From an uncultured Actinomycetes bacterium (GTDB lineage Bacteria > SZUA-79 > Acidulodesulfobacterales > Acidulodesulfobacteraceae), in contig CAZVZU010000008.1 of the NCBI GenBank assembly GCA_964631685.1, forward strand, positions 10,476 through 74,475: a stretch of 64,000 bases of DNA, given 5' to 3'. A program made the position numbers and the translations under genes. The notes beneath the pieces were generated by a model. That model had not been told where the DNA came from. It did not search any database and saw only the letters and a program-made list of their open reading frames with translations. Positions 49,275 through 59,896 of the stretch are shown piece after piece (position 1 is the stretch's first letter; every line of letters begins with the position of its first letter).

Positions 49275-50201
49275 ATGCTTGCTTCTATTGATATTGGGAC
49301 AAATACTATTCGGTGCCTTATTGTTGATTCTAAAAAGGATGTTTTGGTCCCAAAATATGCGGATATGAGAATAATCAGGTTAGGGGAGGACTTTACAAAA
49401 GCAGGGGTTATAACAGATGCTTCCATTTTAAGATTAAATGATGCATTGGCCTATTATTTAAAAAAGATTGAGGATTTTGGGGTGAAACGGGACAAGGTGA
49501 TAGTTGCCGGTACTAGTATTTTAAGGGATGCTCCCAATAGCACTGAAATTTTAGATAGTATATATAAAGAATTTGGTTTAACCATACACATTATAAGCGG
49601 AGAAAAAGAGGCGTCTGTGACGCTTGCAGGTATAACGTCTTGCTTTGAAGATTTAAATGAATTTTATGCATTGGATATTGGAGGGGGTTCCACTGAATAT
49701 GCCTGCTTTAAAAATGGCTTGCCGTTTTGGAAGTATAGTTTAAATTTAGGAGTTGTCCATTTAACGGAGAGGATTTTAACATCACAACCCGCATCAACTT
49801 ACGATTTGTTAAAATTAGAAAAGGAAATAGACAACAGTTTAATGTCGCTAAAACGCAGGATACATAGTACCGGTTATGCATTTAAGCCATTGAGCCTTTT
49901 TGGGACTGCGGGAACGGCGACAACACTCGCGATGGTAGACTTAAAATTAAACGCGTATGAAAGGCTTAAGGTGCACGGTTATACCTTAAAAAAAGCTAAT
50001 ATTGAAAATATTTATAAGCAATTTATAAATAAAAGGCCGGATGAAAGGCTTAATATAATTGGGGTCGAAAAAGGAAGAGAGGATGTTGTTCTGGCCGGAA
50101 CCGCTATAATGCTTAAAAGTATAGAATTTTTCGAAACAGATAGGCTTATCGTTTCGGAATGCGGCCTATTAGAAGGGCTTATAGGACGCGATAACATATA
50201 G
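49275..50201 (+). CDS. ppx: Ppx/GppA phosphatase (short form, no HD domain)
   Basis: IDIGTNT, RLGE, SGEKEA, DIGGGSTE, GLLEG. Confidence 0.9.
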   Translation: MLASIDIGTNTIRCLIVDSKKDVLVPKYADMRIIRLGEDFTKAGVITDASILRLNDALAYYLKKIEDFGVKRDKVIVAGTSILRDAPNSTEILDSIYKEFGLTIHIISGEKEASVTLAGITSCFEDLNEFYALDIGGGSTEYACFKNGLPFWKYSLNLGVVHLTERILTSQPASTYDLLKLEKEIDNSLMSLKRRIHSTGYAFKPLSLFGTAGTATTLAMVDLKLNAYERLKVHGYTLKKANIENIYKQFINKRPDERLNIIGVEKGREDVVLAGTAIMLKSIEFFETDRLIVSECGLLEGLIGRDNI

Positions 50202-50207
50202 CAAGAA

Positions 50208-50239
50208 AAGTGTCATAAAAAAATATATAAGTGTCATAA
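50208..50239 (+). repeat. 11-bp direct repeat AAGTGTCATAA x2 (21-bp period), candidate TF site upstream of guaB
   Basis: Exact copies at 50208-50218 and 50229-50239. Confidence 0.55.
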
Positions 50240-50266
50240 GATAAAAATAATTAATTTAATTAATAG

Positions 50267-51739
<1,473 letters not shown>

Positions 51740-51746
51740 TTCTAAT

Positions 51747-53291
51747 ATGAAAAATACATTTTCTAAGGTTTTGATAATAGATTTCGGTTCTCAATATACC
51801 CAGCTTATTGCTAGAAGGATAAGAGAAAACGAAGTGTACTGTGAGATTTATTCATTTAGAACTTCTTTTGAGAAAATAAAAGATTTTAAGCCGAATGCAA
51901 TTATACTTTCGGGTGGCCCGTCGTCCGTTTATGACGACGATGCCCCCCTTATAACAAAGGATATCTTTAAGATTGATGTTCCTTTCTTAGGGATTTGTTA
52001 CGGTATGCAGATTATGGCCTATCTTCTTTCGGGTGATATCGTGTCCACAAAGAACAGAGAATACGGACACTCTAAACTCAAAACTACAGGAGAAAGCCAG
52101 CTCTTTGAGGGATGCGAAGCATCAAGTTTTGCATGGATGAGCCACGGTGATATTATTATAAAAAGCCCCCGCAACTTTGTAGTTACTTCTCAAACGGATA
52201 GTTGTTCCATTGCTTCCTTTGAAAGTATAGAAAGAAAAATTTACGGGCTTCAGTTTCATCCCGAAGTTGCCCATACTGTTCACGGCCGAAAGATATTGAA
52301 TAATTTTTTATTTAAAATTGCGAAGGTTAAGAAAACGTGGAAGCTTAAAGATTTCATAGAAGATAAGGTGCATGAGATTAAAAATGTTGCAGGTGGTAAA
52401 AATGCGATATGTGCACTTTCAGGAGGGGTTGATTCTACTGTTGCTGCTGTTCTTGCAAATAAAGCAATGGGCAATAGGCTTAAGTGCATATTTGTTGACA
52501 ACGGTCTTTTGAGAGAAAATGAGGGGAAGTCGGTTATAAAGTTTTACAGAGAAAATTTAAAATTAAATGTAAAACTTGTAAATGCATCTAATTTATTCCT
52601 GAAGGCGTTAAAAGGGGTTACTAATCCGGAAAGAAAGAGGAAAATAATAGGAAGACTTTTTATTGAAATATTCGATAAAGAGGCTAAAAATATAGGGGAT
52701 GTAGATTTTTTAGTACAGGGAACGCTTTATCCCGATGTTATAGAATCGGTCAAGATATTTGGAGCTTCCAGCGTAATCAAAAGTCATCACAATGTTGGGG
52801 GTCTTCCAAAAAAATTAAAATTACAATTAATTGAGCCTTTAAAGGAATTATTTAAAGATGAGGTCAGGGCTATTGGCAAAAATCTAGGTATTCCTCGGGA
52901 AATTATCGAGAGACAACCGTTTCCCGGACCGGGACTTGCCATAAGGATAATTGGAGATGTTAGCAGGAAGGGACTTGGCATATTAAGGCAAGCGAATACT
53001 ATTGTTACGGAAGAAATAGGGAAAGCAAAATTAGAAGGTGATATTTGGCAGGCTTTTCCCGTTTTAATCCCGATTAAAACCGTAGGCGTTATGGGGGATA
53101 AAAGGAGTTACGAATCCCTTATAGCATTAAGAGCGGTTAGCTCGACCGATGGTATGACGGCAGATTTTATAAAATTAGATTACGATGTCCTAAGAACTAT
53201 TTCTGCTCGAATAATTTCAGAAATTAAAGGTATTAACAGGGTGGTCTACGATATTACGTCAAAGCCTCCATCAACCATAGAGTGGGAGTAG
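51747..53291 (+). CDS. guaA: GMP synthase (glutamine-hydrolysing)
   Basis: DFGSQY, GICYG, FHPE, SGGVDS, KSHHNV, KPPSTIEWE. Confidence 0.98.
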   Translation: MKNTFSKVLIIDFGSQYTQLIARRIRENEVYCEIYSFRTSFEKIKDFKPNAIILSGGPSSVYDDDAPLITKDIFKIDVPFLGICYGMQIMAYLLSGDIVSTKNREYGHSKLKTTGESQLFEGCEASSFAWMSHGDIIIKSPRNFVVTSQTDSCSIASFESIERKIYGLQFHPEVAHTVHGRKILNNFLFKIAKVKKTWKLKDFIEDKVHEIKNVAGGKNAICALSGGVDSTVAAVLANKAMGNRLKCIFVDNGLLRENEGKSVIKFYRENLKLNVKLVNASNLFLKALKGVTNPERKRKIIGRLFIEIFDKEAKNIGDVDFLVQGTLYPDVIESVKIFGASSVIKSHHNVGGLPKKLKLQLIEPLKELFKDEVRAIGKNLGIPREIIERQPFPGPGLAIRIIGDVSRKGLGILRQANTIVTEEIGKAKLEGDIWQAFPVLIPIKTVGVMGDKRSYESLIALRAVSSTDGMTADFIKLDYDVLRTISARIISEIKGINRVVYDITSKPPSTIEWE

Positions 53292-53300
53292 TAATTTTTT

Positions 53301-56300
53301 ATGAATAATTTCGTCCATCTCCATGTGCATTCGCATTACAGCCTTTTGGACGGCGCTATCAAGATTGATGATATCCTTGACAAGGCAATAGAATTTAATA
53401 TGCCTGCAGTGGCAATTACTGATCACGGAAATATGTTTGGCGCTATCGAATTTTACGAAAAGGCTTTAAAGAAATCCGTTAAGCCGATAATAGGATGCGA
53501 GATGTATATCGCGAGATCCGACATGATGCTTAAAAATGTAAATGAAAAGCTATTCTACCATCTAGTCTTGCTTGCTAAAAATGAAGAAGGGTACCAAAAT
53601 CTTTCCAAATTAGTATCAAAATCCTATACCGACGGCTTTTATTATAAACCTAGGATAGACAAAAATATTTTAAAAGAAAACCATAAGGGTTTAGTTGCAT
53701 TATCGGCATGCCTAAAAGGGGAGATTCCCTATAACATTATTCATGGAAAGCCTGATGTGGCGGAAAAGAGCCTTCAATATTATCTTGACCTATTTGGAGA
53801 TGATTTTTATTTGGAGATGCAGTTGCAGGGTATAGACGAGCAAATAACGGCAAATACCGGAATAGTGGAATTATCCAAAAAATATTCTGTTCCGCTGGTT
53901 GCCACTAATGATTGTCATTATCTTTTAAAGGACGATTATGAGGCGCATGATGCTCTTTTGTGTATTCAAACAGGGAAGACAGTAGACGATAAAAATAGAA
54001 TGAGATTTTCTACCAAGGATTTATACGTTAAATCCCAGGAAGAGATGATAAAACTGTTTAGCGAGTACGGCGATGAAGTTATTTCAAATACTAAAATAAT
54101 AGAGAATAAATGCAATTTTTCTTTTAAGCTTAAAGATGGACATCATTTCCCTCAGTTTATAATCGAAAAGGACAATGATAGTCCTAAATCTATCCTTAAT
54201 TTTTTTGAAAAAAAGACAAGAGACGGATTTAGCGAAAGGTTTGTAAAAAATCCAACTAAAACGACCAAAGAATTTTATTTAAACAATACCGAGTCATACG
54301 AAAAAAGATTGGATATGGAGATAGATGTCATCAAAAAATCTAATTTTGCCGGATATTTTTTAATAGTTTCTGATTTTATTGAATATGCAAAGAATAACGG
54401 TATCCCTGTTGGTCCCGGCAGGGGTTCTGCTGCAGGAAGCCTTGTTGCTTATTGCCTAAAAATAACGGATATAGATCCTATTAAATATGATTTAATGTTT
54501 GAAAGATTTCTTAATCCCGAACGAATAAGCATGCCTGATATAGATTCAGATTTTTGTATAAACGGTAGGGACGATGTAATAAAGTATGTCTCAAATAAAT
54601 ATGGGAAAGAAAATGTTTCCCAAATAATCACATTTGGGACGATGCAGGCAAAAGCGGCTATAAGAGACACAGGAAGGGCGCTTAATATGTCTTATGCCGA
54701 GGTTGACAAAATAGCAAAACTTGTTCCTAATAAGTTAGGTATTACACTCAAAGAGGCCGTCAAGGAAGAACAGAAACTGCAAAATCTAATCAGTTCTGAT
54801 CCCAGGGTTAAAAAATTAATAGAGATAGCCAAAAGGCTTGAAGGACTTGCAAGGCATGCTAGCACACATGCTGCCGGTGTTGTGATATCCAACGAACCTA
54901 TTATCCATTTTATGCCCTTATATAAGGGTTCAAAGGATTCAGATGTTGTAACGACCCAATATACAGGACAAGATTTAGAAAAATTGGGATTTATCAAGTT
55001 TGATTTCTTAGGATTAAAGACGCTGACGGTTATGAACGAGGCCATTAAACTTATAAACCATCAAAAAAACGAAGATGATAATTTTAACATATACGATATA
55101 GATTTAAACGATCAAAAGGCTTATAAACTCCTGTCTTCGGGAGATACTACGGGTGTGTTTCAGCTTGAAAGTTCGGGAATGAAGGAGCTCATAAAAAAAT
55201 TAGCGCCCGCATCTTTTGAGGATTTAATTCCTCTTGTTGCCTTGTATCGGCCGGGTCCACTCGGAAGCGGGATGGTCGATGATTTTATTAATGCAAAACA
55301 CGGAAGGGTTAAAATATCCTATATTCATCCATCATTAAAGGGCATACTAGAGAGTACCTACGGGGTCATACTCTATCAAGAGCAAATAATGAGGATAGCC
55401 GTTGAGCTTGCTGGATTTTCTATGGGAGAGGCAGATGTTTTAAGAAAAGGGGTCGGCAAGAAACAGGCTGAACTGATAAATAAGATGAAGGACAGGTTTA
55501 TTGACGGATGCGAAAATAATGGTATCGATAGAAATAAGGCTAAAAAGATTTTTTTACTGATAATGAAGTTTGGAGAATACGGCTTTAATAAATCCCATTC
55601 TACCGCTTATGCATATATTGCGTACATGACGGCATATTTGAAGGCAAATTACAAAGAACATTTTACCGCAGCTATTTTATCAAGCGAAATGTCCAACACC
55701 GATAAGCTAACAAAGATAATCAACGAGGCAAAGTCAGGCTCTTACATTTGCGAGATATTGCCCCCCTCGGTGAACTATTCAGAAGAAAGATTTACAATTG
55801 TCACCAATAATAGCAATGGACTCGCAATCAGGGTAGGCTTAGGGGCTGTTAAAAACGTCGGCAAGTCTGCGATTGATTCTGTTTTACAGATACGTCGGGA
55901 TGGCGAATTTAAAAACCTGCTTAATTTTTGCTCCAGAGTTGATACCAGAAAGGTAAATAAGAGAACAATAGAGAGCTTGATAAAAAGCGGCTCCCTTGAT
56001 ATAAGCGATGAATCCAGAAAATGGATGCTGGATAATCTTGAAGATACTATGAGCGATGCGAATTTTAAAAAAGAAAGAGAAAAATCCAATCAATTTGAGC
56101 TACCATTTTGTTTTGGGGAAAATGATAAAGATGATGAAGGTGCGACATCTACCGTTATAATGGAAAAAGATGACAAAAAAACTATGCTTACATACGAGAA
56201 AGAATCTTTGGGATTTTATCTTTCAGGACATCCCTTAGATGGATATGAGGAAAAAATTAAGCTTATCAGAGATGGTTCAATCGGGGATATCGTCGGCAGG

Positions 56301-57056
56301 TATTTGAGTTCAAAAGGGAAAACAAAGGATGATAGCCATACAATATGTGGGGTAATAGATCAGTTAAAAATCCATAAAACCAAAAATAATGAAAAAATGG
56401 CATCATTCGTACTGAACGATAAAAATTTAAATATTCAGGTTGTGTTTTTTCCTAAAAACTATCGTCGTTTTGAATCTATCCTTGAAACAAACGAACCCGT
56501 AGTTTTAACTGGTAAATTCGATTTTTCCGGATTAGAGGTAAATAGCGATATTAATAAAAACGGTAAAGCTGTTGATGTGAAGGACGGGGATGGCTCTGGA
56601 TGCGATTTAAGTGATGAAAATTATAATAAAAAGAGCGGTATTGATGGCATAAGCGACAGTGACATAGAGCTTAATATTAAGATTGTTGGTGAAAAAGTAG
56701 AGTTTTTGGATAATTACAAGGTTAAGCAAAAGAGTGATAAGGATATTTCGATGGCAAAACATGACGAAAGCCTGATAAGGCAAAAGCTTTGTGGGGCGAA
56801 AACCTTAAAGGATAAGGCACCGGTAGTGTCCCCTTCGGTATGTGTTATAGAAATAATTGAAAGTGAAATTCCTCAAGAAAGTGGAGCTTTTGGAGATTTC
56901 CTGGTAGACTTAAAAAATATACTGTATAATACAAGGGGCAATGATAGGGTAGTTTTGAAAGTTGCAGGCCATGAGGTTGCTTTGAACGAAAATATATCCA
57001 TTGATAAAGAATTACTTAAAGCTAAACTGTCACGGAATTATTTGAATATTGCTTAA
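53301..57056 (+). CDS. dnaE: DNA polymerase III alpha subunit
   Basis: PHP domain (HLHVHSHYSLLDG), GRGSAAGS, PDIDSD, KFDFLGL, YGFNKSH. Confidence 0.97.
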   Translation: MNNFVHLHVHSHYSLLDGAIKIDDILDKAIEFNMPAVAITDHGNMFGAIEFYEKALKKSVKPIIGCEMYIARSDMMLKNVNEKLFYHLVLLAKNEEGYQNLSKLVSKSYTDGFYYKPRIDKNILKENHKGLVALSACLKGEIPYNIIHGKPDVAEKSLQYYLDLFGDDFYLEMQLQGIDEQITANTGIVELSKKYSVPLVATNDCHYLLKDDYEAHDALLCIQTGKTVDDKNRMRFSTKDLYVKSQEEMIKLFSEYGDEVISNTKIIENKCNFSFKLKDGHHFPQFIIEKDNDSPKSILNFFEKKTRDGFSERFVKNPTKTTKEFYLNNTESYEKRLDMEIDVIKKSNFAGYFLIVSDFIEYAKNNGIPVGPGRGSAAGSLVAYCLKITDIDPIKYDLMFERFLNPERISMPDIDSDFCINGRDDVIKYVSNKYGKENVSQIITFGTMQAKAAIRDTGRALNMSYAEVDKIAKLVPNKLGITLKEAVKEEQKLQNLISSDPRVKKLIEIAKRLEGLARHASTHAAGVVISNEPIIHFMPLYKGSKDSDVVTTQYTGQDLEKLGFIKFDFLGLKTLTVMNEAIKLINHQKNEDDNFNIYDIDLNDQKAYKLLSSGDTTGVFQLESSGMKELIKKLAPASFEDLIPLVALYRPGPLGSGMVDDFINAKHGRVKISYIHPSLKGILESTYGVILYQEQIMRIAVELAGFSMGEADVLRKGVGKKQAELINKMKDRFIDGCENNGIDRNKAKKIFLLIMKFGEYGFNKSHSTAYAYIAYMTAYLKANYKEHFTAAILSSEMSNTDKLTKIINEAKSGSYICEILPPSVNYSEERFTIVTNNSNGLAIRVGLGAVKNVGKSAIDSVLQIRRDGEFKNLLNFCSRVDTRKVNKRTIESLIKSGSLDISDESRKWMLDNLEDTMSDANFKKEREKSNQFELPFCFGENDKDDEGATSTVIMEKDDKKTMLTYEKESLGFYLSGHPLDGYEEKIKLIRDGSIGDIVGRYLSSKGKTKDDSHTICGVIDQLKIHKTKNNEKMASFVLNDKNLNIQVVFFPKNYRRFESILETNEPVVLTGKFDFSGLEVNSDINKNGKAVDVKDGDGSGCDLSDENYNKKSGIDGISDSDIELNIKIVGEKVEFLDNYKVKQKSDKDISMAKHDESLIRQKLCGAKTLKDKAPVVSPSVCVIEIIESEIPQESGAFGDFLVDLKNILYNTRGNDRVVLKVAGHEVALNENISIDKELLKAKLSRNYLNIA

Positions 57057-57098
57057 TTAACTTAATAATAACTGCAAACAACAGGTGGAGTTTATTTT

Positions 57099-58052
57099 AT
57101 GGCCTTGCAATATCTTGATTTTGAAAAACCGATAATAGAATTAGACCAAAAGATAGATGAACTTAAAACTTTTAATCTAAGCGGTATTACAAACGTAGAT
57201 GATGAGATTAAAAATCTCGAGACCAAGCGGGATAAACTTATAAAGGATATATTTAAGGATATCGATAATTGGCAGATAACCCAGTTATCAAGACATCCCC
57301 TTCGGCCGTACACATTAGATTATTTGGGACTTATGACCGAGAATTTTATAGAACTTCACGGAGACAGGCTTTTTATGGATGATAAAGCCGTTGTGGGTGG
57401 GTTCTGTTTTATTAAGGATGATTACAGGATGAGAAGGGTGTTGATAGTTGGGCACCAGAAGGGACGCAATACAAAGGAAAAGATGTGTAGAAATTTCGGT
57501 ATGCCTAACCCGGAGGGTTATAGAAAGGCACAGAGGCTTTTTAAATTGGCAGAAAAATACTCTATTCCCATCGTAACATTAATTGATACTCCCGGTGCAT
57601 ACCCGGGTCTTGGGGCAGAAGAGAGGGGACAGTCCGAAGCAATCGCAAGAACTATATACACATTGCTAAATGTAACGGTGCCCGTTATATCTATTGTTAT
57701 AGGCGAGGGCGGAAGCGGCGGAGCGCTTGCTTTTGGGACTGGCAATAGGGTGCTAATGCTTGAATATTCCGTTTATTCGGTAATATCTCCAGAGGGTTGC
57801 GCCGCCATATTGTATAAGGATGTTTCTAAAACTGCAGTAGCCGCTAATTCGTTAAAACTTACGGCAAAGGACCTTTATGACTTAAGGATTATAGACGGTA
57901 TCATACCGGAACCGCTTGGGGGAAGTCATAAAGACAAATCCTTGGCTGCTCAAAATATAAAGACTGCCATTGTCGAAAGCCTTGATTATTTTAAAATGTA
58001 CGACGGTGAAACTTTAAGGAACGACAGGATTAAAAAATTTGCAGAATACTGA
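57099..58052 (+). CDS. accA: acetyl-CoA carboxylase carboxyltransferase alpha
   Basis: RHPLRP, ELHGDR, DTPGAYPG, GEGGSGGA, ISPEGCA. Confidence 0.97.
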   Translation: MALQYLDFEKPIIELDQKIDELKTFNLSGITNVDDEIKNLETKRDKLIKDIFKDIDNWQITQLSRHPLRPYTLDYLGLMTENFIELHGDRLFMDDKAVVGGFCFIKDDYRMRRVLIVGHQKGRNTKEKMCRNFGMPNPEGYRKAQRLFKLAEKYSIPIVTLIDTPGAYPGLGAEERGQSEAIARTIYTLLNVTVPVISIVIGEGGSGGALAFGTGNRVLMLEYSVYSVISPEGCAAILYKDVSKTAVAANSLKLTAKDLYDLRIIDGIIPEPLGGSHKDKSLAAQNIKTAIVESLDYFKMYDGETLRNDRIKKFAEY

Positions 58053-58109
58053 TAAAAATTAGTTTACCCCAATCCAATTAATCGTAAATTATATTTATTT
58101 TACTTCGTC

Positions 58110-59867
58110 ATGACAGAATATCTAGAGATTGCCTATTTTATTTCAAAAGACCTTATTTCCAAAAATTCTACTACCGAGATTTACGAAAAGATAGCCGTTA
58201 CCTCGGGTACTTTTATAAAATGTGATTTAGTGACAATATTTATTATTGGTGAGGATGCTGAGACCTTAAGATGTGTTAATTTTTACAAGGATGGTAATTT
58301 TGTTAAGAAGGACTCTCAAATAATGCTAGGAGAGGGTATTATAGGTTCTGTTGCAGAAAACGGAGAGTCTCTGGTGAGCAAAGATCTTAAGGTTGATTTA
58401 TCGGGTATATATTATGAGTTGGAAAAACAGTTTTCAGGAATGAGATCCATGCTAAGTGTGCCTATATATGCCGGTTCTTTGGTTGTGGGCGTGCTCAACA
58501 TATATACCAAAGCGTCTTATGAATTTACTGAGGAAGAAATTGGCGCCGCCAAATTTATAGCCCTAATGGGCGGAGTGTTTATATATAGCCTTACCCTATA
58601 CGAAAATGCAAATTTCTTATACCTCAAGGAAAAAGAGGAAAGCGGGAAAGTAGAAAATTTACTAAAGGTTTCAAGGCTTGTTTCGTCATCTTTGGATATC
58701 GACAGTGTTCTTGATAATTCTATTAAAAGCTTAATGGATTTTACCAAAACGAGTATGTCCTTGGTCTATTTTAAAGATGAATCGCAGGCCGGACATTGTT
58801 ACGATTTTTTTGATTGCGGCATGCAAGGCTGTTCAATATATGCCGGTGTTATGAATTGCTATGCGTTGACTAATTTCGAATGTGTATTTACTAAATGCCA
58901 GTCTGAAGACGAAATACTGCACAAATGCGTAGTTTGCCCGTATCTGCGCGATATAAATTTGAAATTATTTAAAAGTTACGGAAGAGATGATTATAAAAAT
59001 GCTCCGTTTTCTTTTAAATTAAAAGAATGTTCTTGTTTAATAAATCTAGGCACGGGTTATCCTTCAGTTGTGCACCCTGAACGGGACAAAAATAGCATTG
59101 ATTACCGTTTATTCAAAGATGCGCATAAGCGTACAATTGTTGCCATACCCATTAAGACAGATAAAGATTTCCTAGGTATGATATTTCTTTTTGACAATAA
59201 AGAGATTGATTACTCAATTGATACGATTGATTTCACATCCAATCTTTCCGATATAATCTCTGTTGCAATTTCGAATGCGCGGATGCTGAACTATATAGAA
59301 GAAGCGCATTTTGACGCTATAAGCTCAATATCCGAGGCTATTGAGGCGCGAGATGCCTATACGCGGAAACACGGTGATAGGTTGATTAACTATGGTACAG
59401 AGGTTGCGAAATCGCTTGGTCTTGGCGAAAAGGAGGTTAAAAATATAAGATATGCGGCGGCACTTCACGACGTTGGCAAGATAGGTATAAAGGATTCCAT
59501 ATTAAATAAACCTACAAAGTTGACGGACGAGGAGTATAATGAGATGAAAAAACATCCGGAAATAGGTTATAATATGCTGAAGAAGATAAAATTCTTAATT
59601 CCTATTGCTAACGAGGTATTGCATCATCAAGAAAGGTTTGACGGCAAGGGCTATCCTGATAAGCTTGCAGGTGAAGAGATACCGATTGTTTCCAGGATAA
59701 TTGCCGTTATTGACACATTTGATGCGATGACCACTGACAGGCCTTATCGGAAGGCTCTTCCGCTTCAATCCGCATTAGACGAGTTAAAAAAATATTCAGG
59801 GACACAGTTTGATCCGAAGGTGGTAAACGCATTCCTAAATGTTGTTTCTAAGGATGTGAAATCGTAA
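58110..59867 (+). CDS. GAF-GAF-HD-GYP cyclic di-GMP phosphodiesterase with Cys-rich insert
   Basis: GAF motifs (GEGIIGSVA, MLSVPI); LHDVGKIG, HHQERFDGKGYP, DAMTTDRPYR, GTQFDP. Confidence 0.9.
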   Translation: MTEYLEIAYFISKDLISKNSTTEIYEKIAVTSGTFIKCDLVTIFIIGEDAETLRCVNFYKDGNFVKKDSQIMLGEGIIGSVAENGESLVSKDLKVDLSGIYYELEKQFSGMRSMLSVPIYAGSLVVGVLNIYTKASYEFTEEEIGAAKFIALMGGVFIYSLTLYENANFLYLKEKEESGKVENLLKVSRLVSSSLDIDSVLDNSIKSLMDFTKTSMSLVYFKDESQAGHCYDFFDCGMQGCSIYAGVMNCYALTNFECVFTKCQSEDEILHKCVVCPYLRDINLKLFKSYGRDDYKNAPFSFKLKECSCLINLGTGYPSVVHPERDKNSIDYRLFKDAHKRTIVAIPIKTDKDFLGMIFLFDNKEIDYSIDTIDFTSNLSDIISVAISNARMLNYIEEAHFDAISSISEAIEARDAYTRKHGDRLINYGTEVAKSLGLGEKEVKNIRYAAALHDVGKIGIKDSILNKPTKLTDEEYNEMKKHPEIGYNMLKKIKFLIPIANEVLHHQERFDGKGYPDKLAGEEIPIVSRIIAVIDTFDAMTTDRPYRKALPLQSALDELKKYSGTQFDPKVVNAFLNVVSKDVKS

Positions 59868-59896
59868 TCCGTCATAGTCGCACAGCCTGAAACCCG

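Noticed and set aside
53301..57056. Intein in DnaE (or NrdJ), suggested by length
   Set aside because: No C/S...HN splice motifs or LAGLIDADG blocks; extra length is low-complexity loops
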